From Girardia tigrina (lineage: Eukaryota): DNA of 64,000 bases. The notes below the pieces were generated by a model. That model ran no database searches. It had not been told where the DNA came from and was given only the letters and a program-made list of their open reading frames with translations. The first letter of the stretch is position 1. Each line of letters opens with the position of its first letter. A program made the translations under genes and the position numbers. Where the stretch lies: assembly GCA_001938485.1 (NCBI GenBank), contig MQRK01220259.1, positions 20,077 through 84,076 of the forward strand, written 5' to 3'. Below are positions 12,684 through 26,613 of the stretch, in pieces.

Positions 12684-14397
12684 TAAGTCAATTGAATTAA
12701 GTGCATTCAGTCTCAACGATTCTAATTTGAAACATCTCAGTCCAATGACACCAAAAACTCGTTCATGGTGGCTTATGAGTATATAACTCTTTATGTAGTG
12801 GCTTGGATTCCAATTTAATTTTAACTTCAACCACGATGAGAATAGATTTTCAGTAATTCCCTCGCGACCTTAGAACCAGGTTTTGCGATAACCTTTTATT
12901 CGTTTTTAGTCTTTGTAAAGATCTTCTGTTGATATTTCGCAAGATTCGTTATTCGATTTTTTTATTGCAATTTAATTCTCTTTAACTTGATTTTTTAGGT
13001 CTCTTGATTGTAATGATCTTTAAGCCATTAAATTATTTAAATTATTTTTGTAAATTAGGATCATACTTAAAATTATGTGATCATATAGATAAAATAAAGA
13101 TTATAAATCTCTTATTCATTTCCTTTTAATCTTTAATTCATTCTCTTTGTTTTTTTATTAAAACTTATAGTTTTTAAACATTCTTGATTTAAATAGTTAT
13201 TTACAGATAACAGACTCCAACGTGAGTTATAAGTGTATTTTCTATAAGGAATAATCAAGTGGTATAAGTTTATTTTGTCATCTGATAAGCTGTTGAGAAA
13301 CAACATTCTTCTGACTTGAATACTAAATTGAATAATATTTAGAATATTTTATGAATAAAAACATGTATATTTGTAGATTTCGCATAAAATAATTTCATTA
13401 ACAGTCTCATAATAACAAATATCCCTGCTATTCATCCAAATAAGCACTTTGTAAAAATATTTATCGAACAAAATAAATAAAAATAATACTACTAGAGATT
13501 TTATATTATAATTTGAATTTTCAAAGGGATTATAGTACACATCCAAAACATTTTTAATCAGGATTACCATATATAAGGGGTTAGTTTAAATTTAAGTTTC
13601 GCCAAAATAGTTTATTAATTTTTAATTTGAAAATTTAAAAGAAATAAATTAAAAAACTAAAATGTAGAGTAAAAATATGATAAAATAAATAATGACAATA
13701 AGTAATAACAATTGATATATTTTAATAAAATTTAAGAAATAAGTTTGAATAAATTTAAAAATAAATAATTAACGGATTAATATTTTAAGAAATAATTTTT
13801 TTAATAAAAGGGTTTATTGTAAATTTAAATTAATTAGTTTTTATGATGAAATTTTCGAAAAAAATCTAAAATAATTTAAGTTTTAAATTTCGTAAAATTT
13901 CAAAATTTAATCGAAAAAATTTAATGAATTAATTTTGGGTGAAATTTGTTTAAATATGTGAATTGTTGATATTAATAAATTTTGTGGTATTAAATTATGA
14001 TTTCGGAATTCGATAATACTGAAAGTGGCATAAACGCTGCTTACACCATAAATATTCATTAAATATTAATTACAACTTTTATTGCATAAAATTTTAAAAC
14101 TTTTCTTTTCGATATTTATTGTTTATATATAATTTTATCAGCCCCACTTACAATGCTAAATGCTTTATGTTATTATACGTTATGTCATATAAAAGTATGT
14201 TATTATAAATGTATGTTAGAAAAAATAAATTATTTGAAAATTTTACAAATAGACTTATATCAGTATTTGATGCGTCTTTCTTGATTTGAAAATAAAATAA
14301 ATAATTTGTTTTAATTTCAAGATACTTACTATTCAGATATTTGTATATCGTCAGAGTTTCCTGAATTGCAAGACACAAACCTGACAATTTATTGATG

Positions 14398-14431
<34 letters not shown>

Positions 14432-15440
14432 CACCTAGGTTGTGGCGGCAGGTACCACCACGGTCTAACCATGAACAATGTTTTTACTTTCTGGTATATA
14501 GCTGTAAAAGAGCTACTTCTCATCAATAGCAACAGGGCTTCCGTTTTGCTCATTCAAAATGTTCTGGGAAACCTTCTACTCGTGCTCTCTAAGGACTTTT
14601 ATTAAAGGTATGAGGAACAGATTAAAATCAAAAATTTCGATGTTCTAAAAATTTCATTTTTTGGACCCCTCAATATAATATATCTTTTAATTGACAAAGT
14701 ATATCTATTACGTCGGTTCTCTTTTTCAAATATATTTTAGACTGTTTAAAACTTCGTAAGAAAAAACATCAAAATATCAAAGACGTAAATCTTATTTTTA
14801 AATCTCTAAAAACAAGAAATTTTCAACATTTAAGGTCTGGAAAAGTGTTGTTCATCCGTCGGTCTGATCGACATATTTCCCCATTATTTCAGATTTTAAG
14901 GACAAACATTTTTACAAACAGATGGATTCGTCATATGTCGTTGTGTTTATTTTATTTAAAATTAATTAATTTCAAACAAAAATATAAAACTTCAACAAAT
15001 CACGAATATAATGTATAAAATAAAATATTTGATATTTATAAAAAAGACATGAAAAAGAAAGTTTTAATTATTTTAATTATTGTTTTTCATATTTTAATTA
15101 ATAAAAAGTTAACATATTATTTTTCCTGATTATTTAAACAATGAGATAAAAGAAAAGTAAACGTAAAATTGATTTTGTTTCATGACACATTAAAACAATA
15201 AAATTGATTAATAAAACAAATTATGTTTTAGAAAAACTATTTATCAAAGATCATGGTCATGTATTCCTAATAAAATTTTGTTTGATTTGTATAATTCCCA
15301 TTTCTGTTAGATGTACTTTTTTTAATTTTTAAAAATGCTTTGACCAAAAAATATTAATTAAAGTTTATTAATTTATTATTGAAGAGCATAATTTTAATTA
15401 AACAAATGTTTAATCTTTTTGAAATTGAAATTTATAATTT

Positions 15441-15660
15441 ATATATCCATGGAATTTAGAAACCTATTTTTGAAGGACATTTACTGAACCAATTTTCTCC
15501 AATCTTCGCTCACTTCCTTTCGATGACAATAAATGATTATGTGGAAATTTGATCAAAAAAACATTTTAAGGTCTCAAAATAGAAAAAAACGGAAAATTCG
15601 GAGTTCCAGAACAATATTAATTGAAAAAGATCTGCTTATAAATTATAAGTAGTTAATATT
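15441..15660 (+). repeat. Dispersed repeat with an inverted copy at about 58750-58990 (possibly a second Helitron-like family)
   Basis: Shared ATGGAATTTAGAAACCTATTTTTGAAGG...AAAACGGAARATTCGGAGTTCC...TTATAAATTATAAGTAG. Confidence 0.75.
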
Positions 15661-17328
15661 ATGGTTTCACGATAATTCGTCATGAAAACAATTTAACTAA
15701 ATTAACTATAATTGATAAGAAATATAAAATGAATTTATTACGAAATATTACAGAAAATTCATAAAGTTTTGACAAATATAAAAAAAACTTTTAATCATCT
15801 TAATGGGCAATCGCAATTTTTTATCAAAAAAATGACTAATTAATCATGTAGATAGTAAAGTTCCTAATTGATTCGTGTATTATCATCAGATTTACAGGAT
15901 GCTATTTAGTATGGCATTTTACAAAATTTATTGATAATTTTCTTCTATTTTTTTATAAAATATGGATTTTAAGTAATTTTACGCCATTGACCATTTTAAA
16001 TGATTTTTTATCCGTTGATAGAGATCGGGGGAAGTCTCACCAATGTATGTGGCGTTACCTTTATTATAATAAAAAGATTATAAAGTTTGATTCTTTTAAC
16101 AGAGATCACTACTCAAATGGGATAAAGATCTTTAAGGGATCTCTACTACAAACTGATTGTTTGATCCTAAGTGAGGGAGGGGGGTAGCGGAGACAATGGC
16201 TTGCCGGATGCCAAGCTCGCTCATCAAGGTCAAGGTGCTCAAGAAGTTCATTCCGGTGACAACACAACGATGAGGAAAGAGAGAATGTTGGCAATCATCA
16301 ATTCAGAGAGTCTAGGGAAATTAATCGAATCAACCAACAAAGACTTATCAGATAAAATCAAGAAGTCACCCGAAAATTTACTCTTCAAAACCAGATTTAA
16401 ATCAGTCTTAAAAATGATTCTTTGAGAGAAGAGCTTGAACGAATCGATCATACAATCAAAGAACCTATTCGTCAAACCTATTAAAAGCATAGCATATTCT
16501 AATTACTACTATAAAAAGTTACCAAACTTTGCATGATGAGTACGGTCAAGATATAGAAAATCTAAAGAATGTAATTGAGAGCTCTGAAGGAATTCTATAG
16601 CTCAATGGAAATTCCTCTGCAAAAGACAATTTAGTTAAAATACATATTTCGGAATTGAAGAGATTTTTCGACCAACAATATTAATTCGCAAATTAGGGAC
16701 AATTTTTGATTTTTTACTCTTGAAATTGATATTTTAATTATCTCTCAATGACAGATATAATTATCATTTAGCAGGTTCATTTCTGACTTTATCTTCCATT
16801 ATATATTAATAGACATTTTAATGAGAATATGTTGTGTTGTTAATTGTCGTATGTGCTTTAATTTTCATTTATTGCTGAAAAAAATGTAAAGTTTTTTATC
16901 TACAATAAATGTAGGATAATTACATTTTTGAAAGTGTTCAAAATAAATAAAATAATAAAAAAAGAAAGATCAAAAAAATGTTGCCAAAAAATATCGTTTA
17001 AAAGGCACAAATTAAAAATAAAATACTACGACGTAAAACGTGGTTTTAAAAAATGAAAATGTTTTGTTTGTGACGGCGATTTTTTATGATTGCTTTTGTG
17101 TATGTGATCATTGTTTAATGAATTGTTTTAATGAATCAAATTTATAAAAAAAATGTTGGCAAAAATTTAAAAATTGTTTGAATAATTGTTATTGGGAAAA
17201 AAGATGGTTGTGAGATTGTGAAAATAAATTGTTTAATGGGTTTATTGTTAATAAAAGAAAAATAAAGGAATTAAAGCAAGATTTATTCTTTTTTTTGACA
17301 AAATATATATTCGAGAATGTCGATAAAT

Positions 17329-18041
17329 ATGAATCCATTTGAAATACTTGAATTATTGAATAGTAGTGGTATAATAAATCCTCGAGACCAAAGTGTTTGT
17401 ACTCCATTAAACAGGCAGATTTCCCAAATCAATGCGAATGGTGTAAGTTTTTCTAAAAGTTGTCACGATATGAATATCGAATTTTTACCGACTCAAAATT
17501 ACCGTATCTGGATAGCTATTTTTTTGATTGTTTTCTTCACGGTCTGGAGAAATACACTTCAAGCCAGACCTACATTAATCAGGGGTTTTCATCAGCCAGT
17601 ATTAATTTTGAAATCTCTTCAAAGGATCTCGGAAGACATTTATTTAAATGTTTTGTCAATGATGTTGGGTGTGACAATGGGGAAATGCACTGTCTCAAAG
17701 CCTTATTCAAAGAATTTAAAAGCGAATTTCGGAATGACGATGTGTTGAATTGCTAATATTTTGTTGATTCTTTCCAGAATTTTCCTTCTCAAACATTCAT
17801 CGGAAATGAGTTGGCTAGCGATGAGTTTTCTTGGAGCTTGATATACGTTTTGATTGATATTGTCAATCCATTGATTGAATGTCCGTTTGGAAAAAAATTT
17901 TCTATTCAACTCAGATTTGGCGAACGCAAAGAATTTCAAGAAACCTTATTGGCAGAATTGGTATATGATTACTTAAACAATGAGAATTTGTTGTGTTCCG
18001 TGAACCCTCATCCCGGAAACACCGAGCGCCCCATCTCGTGA
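17329..18041 (+). pseudogene. Orphan coding region in three consecutive frames, function unknown
   Basis: ORFs 17317, 17460 and 17811 chain together through frame changes and one stop; composition is coding-like. Confidence 0.45.
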
Positions 18042-18869
18042 CCCCACGACCGCGCTGCGCCCACTCTCATACCAACATTGATTATATTTTATAATTAATT
18101 TTTAATTATTTTTCACATTTATTTCGACTGGTTATTACAAATTTTCAATAGAGAACAATAATATAGAAATAATAGAACAATTTTAAGGCAACAAATATAA
18201 ATTATTACAAAATTATTTATCTATTTTTAACCGAATATTTACTTGCAAGTTTTCGCCTTTATTTATATATCAATAGAAATAATATCGGTGTGAAATAAAA
18301 CCCGTGACGGATGTCTTGAACAAGCGTTTGATTCTATTATTTGTGTTTTAATATAATTATATTACATTGAAGGACTTGATTCTAAAATGAGATAATTCAT
18401 TTATATGTTATATAACTTGAATTAAACAAATAAAAATAATAAATCTTATTCCGAAAAATAATATTTTATGTTTAAAAAGATATTTACGAAAAGATTATTA
18501 ATTTTATAATTAGAGTTTTTATTTCGAAAGATTTCTAATTAATACTTATTTTGAGGGACCATTTGCTTTGCGGAATATCGAATGACTTTTTGGGTCATAT
18601 TTGAGTATGATACTCTCATTGTGTAATGTATTATGTTGTTGCAAAAGTAATGTGGTTTTTCAAAAAATATTTTTTAATTGTTTGAGAATAACTGATAGAA
18701 AACCATTGACGATTTCAAACACGTTCATTTTTAAATTTCTTTTTTATTGTTTTTCAAGCAAGATATTTTTATTCAAGATAAAAATGGTAGCTAAATTGTC
18801 AGATGATCAACCTTTACGTAAGGTGCATAAACAGAGAAAATTTGTTTAGTATTTGTAAGGAAAATTTAA

Positions 18870-19595
18870 TCACCTCAGTGAAGCGAATATTAGAGCCGAA
18901 GTATTTGATGGACCACTGTTCCGGAGTGTATTAAAAGATGATGGATTTACCTAAACACTACTTCCTAAGGAGAAAGCCACGTGGATTTGATTCAAACATG
19001 TTGTCAAAAATTTCCTTGAAAAGAATAAAGCAGTAGACTTTAAGAAACACATATCCAGCTTCCTGTAAAACTACAAGCCTTAGGTGACCGCATGTCATTG
19101 AAAATTAACCTTCTAGATTCTCACCCTGACTTTTTCTTGAAAATTTAGATGATGTTGATGATGAACAGGTAATATATATTAATTAACATGTATAACATAG
19201 CTCTTCCTCTTTTTCTCTTTATGGAACAAGGAAAAAGATTTCACCAAGGTATTGTAGTGACGGAAGAACGATTTAAGGACAAGCACACTCCAGCTGTGCT
19301 GGAAAATTTTGTTTGCTTTTCCAAGGAGACAATTCTTCTCCTCATAACAGAGAATCTTATGCCAGTCCCTTCTCATAATATAAAGAAGCTATTGTTCTTT
19401 CAGAACGGTTTTTGTTAGATTTTCAATGGTTGTATTTATATATATTATTAGTCATTTTTTGAAAAATTGAATACCAAAATTTCTTGCCCGACGGAAATAA
19501 ATAACCTTCTTTTTCGGAGTCAACATATTAAAATTGACCTAAAATTTTTCTGGTACGTCTGTGGAAAGAAAACAGTAAAATTTTGGTGCATAGTG
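18870..19595 (+). mobile_element. Chapaev3-like (CMC) DNA transposon, 3' half, decayed
   Basis: LSEANIRAEVFDGP...FKHVVKNFL...MSLKINLLDSHPDFF...DDEQ(G)KRFHQ; terminus ...GGTGCATAGTG followed by TAA. Confidence 0.7.
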
Positions 19596-20764
19596 TAATT
19601 TATGCGTCACTTAAAACTTGTGAAGAGTATGTTTAATAAATAAATGCAAAATTTCGATATAAATTTTTAATTTTCGTAAAAGACAAAAAAACTTTTGACA
19701 CAGTCAAAACAATAATCAGTCACAATATACTTCAACTTTTCGAATCAAATAATCAGTTTTTTAGACCAATCAGAGCGAGCCAATCGACTCATGATTTTTA
19801 AAATTTTCAGTTATTGCACGATGACTCAGCAATAGACACACACCAGCACACTCAGTCAATCATCAAATCCAGACAAACAATTTTTGAAATCAATTGATAA
19901 CAACTTAAATTATTGTGATAATTACTTTTAATTTATGTCATATTTTAAATCCTTTTTAATTATTTTCTTTAATTTTATTTTGATTTATTTATTTAATTTC
20001 CTTACAAATTGTTTATATTTACACATTTATATACATAATTAAACAAAAACAATTTAAAGCATCACGAAATGAATCAAGTCTTTAAAAATTCTAAACTGAT
20101 TTAAATGAATCGTAAAAGAGAGAAAGATCATTTTTGGGCGAAGAGAGGAAACATCCAAAATATAAATAATTATTTTAATTCACAAATCTGAAATAATGTG
20201 TATTTCTTTATTTCCTAGATTTTGACACATGTGATTCTCATTGACCTCTTGTGAGCCCACCCTGAGTTTCTACGTTTTAAAATGAAATCTTATGATCAAA
20301 CCTTGAAGGAGTTGCATTTAAATGAACATTATTTAAAATTAGTGATGTATAACTTCTTTGAAAGAAAAGCAACACATCAAAAATATGTCGCTGAAACATT
20401 AAAAGATGAATTTTTCAAAGAAAATTTATAAAACCCAGAAAACTCTTTTTATTAATTATGTATGATCCACTTAGTCGAATTTGTCCAAAGGAGAGCACGC
20501 GACTTTTTGAAAGATTAACGTTTGTTTAAATAATTAATAAAATCTCGTCTGACGGTTCCATTTATTTTATTTACTAATTATTTTATTTTAAAATATGAAC
20601 TTTACTAGCTATTTATTTTGATATTTATTTACTTTACGTCGGTATTTAGACAAAAAGAAGAACATTATATATAGATTTTATTCTCAAATTATTTTTATAA
20701 TGAATTAATTACCTTTTTGACATCAAAAAACAAATTTATTTTAAAATAAAGTTCTATGTTTTGT

Positions 20765-21383
20765 ATACTTAGTGGGGTTTCATCTTCCGAAAAAATATTT
20801 TCCTGGAAAGTCCAACCATGATGGTCTCCCAGGTAAAGTTTTTCTGACTGCACTCTAAGCGGTTTCGCAATATTTCATCAGTTAAGAAGCGTTAGACTAA
20901 TATGGAGCACGGTTTTCTTGTACCCATGAGTTTCAATTTAACGTGGACTATACCGTTACTGATGTTGAGCTTCGTTAAGAGCCTTTTCATCTTAAAACGA
21001 CACTCTGCTTGGACTATCTTCCCCAATTTTTCATCAACTATGCCGAAAATTTCTTGTGGCCAATATGATTTTTCTAGATCGAAAATGGTGGTTCGACAAC
21101 CTTTGAACTCTGAAACATTATTTAACAGTTGTCACAGATGAGGAGTTATGTAGGTTGACTGAAAAATATAGTCTTCTTCTGTAACACAAAGAACTTGATA
21201 ATGCTGCATTATTCGACGTCTAAAATCATCACACTGACGAAAATTCAAAACTTTAATGCGTTTAATAAAATAAAACAATTACTGAAATTAAAATGTATAA
21301 AAATTTGTTTAATCACGCAACAAAACTGAAATTTGCTATTACAATTTTTTACCTTTGATCTGGTACTTATTGAACGCACCACG
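20765..21383 (-). mobile_element. Decayed mariner, 5' half
   Basis: TA+CGTGGTGCGTTCAATAAGT TIR; EFKGCRTTIFDLEKS, RFLTDEILRNRLECS and NIFSEDET motifs. Confidence 0.65.
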
Positions 21384-21564
21384 TACTAAAGCAATGAATT
21401 TGTGAAGGTAAAACATGCCAAGCTTCCTGAATCCCACAAAAACTATTTTTCTCCTCCTTAAATACATTTAAAGTTTGTTTTACAAGAAATTAACTGTATA
21501 TTTTGTTGGGGTTACAATTTTATTTAAATATAATAATAAAAATAATAAAAAAAAATGATGATTT

Positions 21565-21879
21565 ACCCACTCCTGGGGTATCCTCGGGAATGGAGCATAA
21601 TCGATGCTCCATTCCTCCGGACATTCCCGGAGTCGGGCATATTCTTACGTTTTTTAAAAAATCAAAAATCAAAAATGGAAATAAAATTATGGGGCTTTTA
21701 GCCCATTAACAATTTTCGGGGATTAATCCCCTGATGTTGCCAGTTAATCTGACGTTAATGGGCATTGGNNNNNNNNNNNNNNNNNNNNNNNNNNNNNNNN
21801 NNNNNNNNNNNNNNNNNNGTTAATGGGCATTGGTCTCCCATTAACGTCAGCTGGCCTAGTGATTAATGGGCTTTTGCCC
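21565..21879. repeat. GC-rich palindromic elements: hairpin at 21565-21638 and inverted-repeat unit at 21690-21879
   Basis: GGAATGGAGCAT-aatcg-ATGCTCCATTCC is a perfect 12-bp stem; GCCCATTAA/TTAATGGGC inverted motifs surround an N gap. Confidence 0.7.
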
Positions 21880-22474
21880 GATTTTGGAAGGAAGAAATAT
21901 AATTAAAAAATAATCTTTAAAAATAAATAATTTTTTTTAAATTTAATATATAAATTTATATATTTTTTTTTTAATTATAATATGTTATATTTTATATATG
22001 TAGCTCTAGTATAAATAGAGCGATATTTTTATTTATAAAACAAGAAATAAAGCGGAAAAATTTAGGAAAATCCAAGCACGAATTATTTCCTGTATAGGAA
22101 TTTTAGAATAATCTTATGCTGTATGGCGTTTAATATTCTCGCCTCCAATTACTCAAGTTGTATAAACCTTTGTGCAAGATTGTAATTGTATTTTGAAATA
22201 AAGAATTATTGAAGAAGTTTTGTTATTTACTGGAGTCAAGAGTTCATCGTGAATAAACGTTGGGTCAGTTAATTGAGCGTCGAACACCCAATAAAAATCC
22301 TTCTGATCTTTGTGTTCAGATTCAATTCGAACTAAATACCCAACAATTTTAACTAGATATTTAGTTGCTAAATAAATGAATTTTAATAATCATGTTTCTT
22401 TACTGATTTATACATTCTAGAAAGATGTTTCAAATGTCAAAAATATTTTTTAATTATATCCAAAGCTCTTTTGT

Positions 22475-22770
22475 GTATTAATTCAAATCTAGTTTATCAA
22501 TTCAAATGTCACAAGGGCAAAGCCTCGCCCATTGACGAGGCAAGTCGTCATCTTTGTTTTGAATCACTGAAAATATTTAAAGAAGTAGTTAAAATGAGAT
22601 TTGGACTTATATCAAAATGTCAAGGTATACATGGTAATGGTCATAATAAAGATTTTAAAGGGATATGAATTCATTTTACACACGATTGTTTCTGAAGCAT
22701 TGTTAATCAATCATTATAAATCATTAAGCATGCAAGTTGATTCATCCAATCACATTAAAGTATTTAAAAA
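22475..22770 (+). mobile_element. Penelope-like GIY-YIG endonuclease relic
   Basis: SNLVYQFKCHKGKASPIDEASRHL and SEALLINHYK motifs. Confidence 0.75.
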
Positions 22771-25347
22771 TATGTTTTAAGAGACTCACGATGTAGCAGT
22801 TTCACTGTTTGCTAAATAAATTAATGATTGAAATTAAGTTGTGATTAAAATAAATTAATGATTAATCGCTAAAGATATTTTGTAATTGAATTTTGTACTT
22901 GAATTCCTTTTTATATTGAAATTTTAATTAATAATCTATCCATCCCTTAAAACTTGCTACTATTTATTTCCAATAAATATAATTTTGAAAGATAATTTGA
23001 AGTGGGAATTATTAGAAATGATAAAATATTTTTTATTTTAAGTTTTCACAAAACAAGGTTGTGAAAGATACATAAAAGTTTTCGAGTATTTTTGTGTTTT
23101 TTATTATTATAAAATTATATTTTACTAGGATTTATTTTAATATTAAACCTCTAAAATAGCTTTTAATTTAATTACGAAGACATAAAGTTATTTAGTTTCT
23201 TTTTCGTCTAGAATTAATTCCTCATCGTGCCCCACCCCGGTAATTGACAGACTGAAACTCTGTTAAATATTAAAATATTTATTTTTTATTAAATAATAAA
23301 TGAAAAATATTTTTTCTCATTTTAAATGAATTTTAAATATTGATTTTTTTTAAAAAACAGTAAAACCAATCTTTAATTTTGTGTTGACGAAATTTATAAA
23401 AAATAAAATAATTATTTTATTTTTATTGTGAAGATTTTTCTACATCTTCGGCATTGATTATAGTTATAATTGGACGCTATAATTGAATGTTAATTTTAAT
23501 TATTATTTTTTTTTTGATTTTTTAATAATTTTTGTTGCAATTAGATTTTTTTATAATTTATTAAAAGATAGAAAAGTTTTTTTTAAAAAGAATTCAGTCT
23601 ATTTTAAGCGTTACTGGCTGTAAAATATCTTTATTCGTGATTAAAGAAAAAAGAAGGATTACCTCCTAGACAGAAATACTAAATTTTCAAAAAATATTAT
23701 GTTTATTGCTTATTCTTTTTAAAGAAAAATTAAGAAAATGAGAAAAGAAATATAATATTCACTATAAAATCTCAAAAATGAAATAGTTAAATGTAGGTAG
23801 ACTATAGTCAAACGCAAGAATAAAAATTATATTCTTGGTTACAAAAAGAGTCTTCTATTGTAATTTTTTAGCATCTTGAATTTCGATTTTTTTGACCAAG
23901 GTTCATCGATAACTTCTTTTTTATTACTTGTACCCAGTTTGCTGTATCTTTTCTGGGTTAATTTTCGGTTTTTGCTTTGTGATGGCCTTTATTTGCTTGT
24001 TATTTGAGTTTAGTAGCACATTTAAAAATTTTAAATAATAAAAGGACTTTTTCATTTCATCTTCTGTTGGTACGAGAGCGTGCGCAGCGTGGTCGCAGCC
24101 AAAATGCTTTGGTGAAGGGGATATGGAGACTCTGGGACGAGGGGAGGGAGAAAAAAATCTGACCCAATCGATCATCGTTATTTTGCTCGTCGCTCCATCT
24201 TTTTCGCTTGTTCCACTGTGAATAATATCCGCTGTCCCGGCCGAGAACAACCCAAACTGACTCGGTCATGCACTCGGTTACTGGACTTCTTGAACAAGTC
24301 CAGCGCCATGTTTGTGATTGGGCAAACACACAGCGGCCGTTCACACCGCCCTTTACCATTATATCACTCTATCATTTTATTACTGCAAATTGGCAATCTC
24401 TTGTAGGGATTCAAGACTGCAAATAAAAATCCCGAAAAGGCATATATCGAATTGATAGTTTCATTAATTTCAATTTCAGACTCTTCACAATTCTTAATCA
24501 TACAGAGAGCTTCAGTATCCCTGGAGATTACTAAATCAAATTTCACTGAATTATTTTGGTTACCAAAATCATTAATGTTTAGAAAATCTTCAGAACATGC
24601 GAACATATAATTGAATTCATTCATTGAATTATTATGGTCACGATAATTATTACTGTTTTTAAAAAAATCCAATGTAAATTTTTTAGAAAAATCGAATTAG
24701 AATCGACAGACATTGTGCACAAATATTTACTCTGCAATCGTCGATTGAATGACGTGATTTAAATAGTCCATTAGATCCTGAAAAAGTCTTGAATAATTTC
24801 GGCGAAATTAACGTGAGATTGATTTTCTTATTAGTTTCCAAGTTTAATTACGATTAATCGATTGAAATAGTTTTTCATTGATAACTAGACCGAAATCGTC
24901 TTCAACTGACTAACCAATTTGTTTGATCGACTTCAATAGTTCCCCAGGCGGATCGGACATCTTCTATTTTGTTTTCATAATTATTTTTTACATGTCGATT
25001 TATAATTGTTTCGGAAAATTGAATTTTTTTATATTTATTATCTTTATTTATTTTTCAAAATATTCCCTCTCCTTACGTAAAGGACAATTATGTTTGAATT
25101 TGAATCTTTCTTTTGCATTTTGTACTCCGGACTGTTTATTCCTTGATTTATTATGCATTGTTTAATTATATATATATATATATATATANNNNNNNNNNNN
25201 NNNNNNNNNNNNNNNNNNNNNNNNNNNNNNNNNNNNNNNNNNNNNNNNNNNNNNNNNNNNNNNNNNNNNNNNNNNNNNNNNNNNNNNNNNNNNNNNNNNN
25301 NNNNNNNNNNNNNNNNNNNNNTTTCATAATTTGTGTCAAAATTATTT

Positions 25348-25397
<50 letters not shown>

Positions 25398-25399
<2 letters not shown>

Positions 25400-25880
25400 C
25401 ATCGGCAGTTCTGTTATAAAATAAATCACTGTTGTATTTATAGTCTGAAGACCATTACGTCGCCATGTATTACATCAGAATACTCCAATATAATTGGACG
25501 AATAACTTTGCACGTTTAAACAAGGTATTTTGAAACTTAATTAACAGTGTTTCAGTAATAATTCTTTCATAGTTACAGTCAAAATTACCAATCAAAACCC
25601 GAAATTCTGTCTCATTTACGCTCCTGTGAGTTACAAGACAGCTCATAATGTGATCTAAAATAGAGCTTTTTCTACTTGATTGGGTATGTTCAGCAATTCT
25701 AGTACGGAGGTGACAACTTGTCTCTCTAATGTACAAGGATTCACACTTGTGACATATAAACTAGTAGACTAAATTTGCTTTCATACCTAATTGTGTTTTT
25801 GATTTATTGAAAAAGTAATTAGAGATTTCGTTGGTGAGGAAAACCAATTTAGTTTTAACGCTATTTGTCAAGAATGTTTA
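25398..25880 (-). mobile_element. Penelope-like GIY-YIG 3' fragment with pLTR remnant
   Basis: CHKCESLYIRETSCHLRTRIAEH...ETLLIK; ends in a degenerate CTGCCGATGCC core that abuts (TA)n. Confidence 0.85.
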
Positions 25881-26151
25881 TTAATTGATTGTATTGTCGT
25901 ATTAATAATGAAATATATTATTGCAGTTTCGTATTAATAATGCATTATATTATTGAACCATCATTAATACGAAACTAAAACACATTATTAAACAATTCAA
26001 AATGGACAAAGTAAAGCCGTTTAAAATCCTCAAATCTTTAATTTAATTTCTTTAACATTTTGCCTTATTATCAAATATCTTAAATATATAAATTGAATGA
26101 AAATGTTGCACCCATTTAAAAAACCTTATACAATAGAGAACTTACTTTTAT

Positions 26152-26613
26152 TGTTAAGAGAACTCACACATTTGACATAAGATTTATTACATTCACATTT
26201 CTTATCATCTTTATGATGATCAATAGTATTGCTTTCACTTAAATCCCTCCCTCAATTTTCAATATCTCTCATTATAATCTGAACTATACTTGAGAAAATT
26301 ATTTTATGTAAAAATATTTAATTTAAATTTTATTGGTTAAAATAAAATATTTTATAGTCATTTTTAAACATAAATTGGATTTTAATTATTTAAAAATTTA
26401 CAAAAATAAAATGAATAAAATTATTTAAAAGTTGCAATAATAAAAATTAAAAATTTGAATATTAAATCTAAATTTAAATAAATTAGTTTCAGATTATAAG
26501 AATTAAAATATTAATCACTCATCTGATTAGGAGAGTCACAATCCCAAATCAACACACAACATTTAAACATGCAAACACTACAAAAAACAATTACACGCCG
26601 CATATTCCTCACA
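26152..26613 (-). mobile_element. Diverged TGTGAGGAATAT-family solo LTR
   Basis: The 5' end TGTGAGGAATATG and a CTCTCCTAATCAGATG box are present; the 3' end is uncertain and no TSD is seen. Confidence 0.55.
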
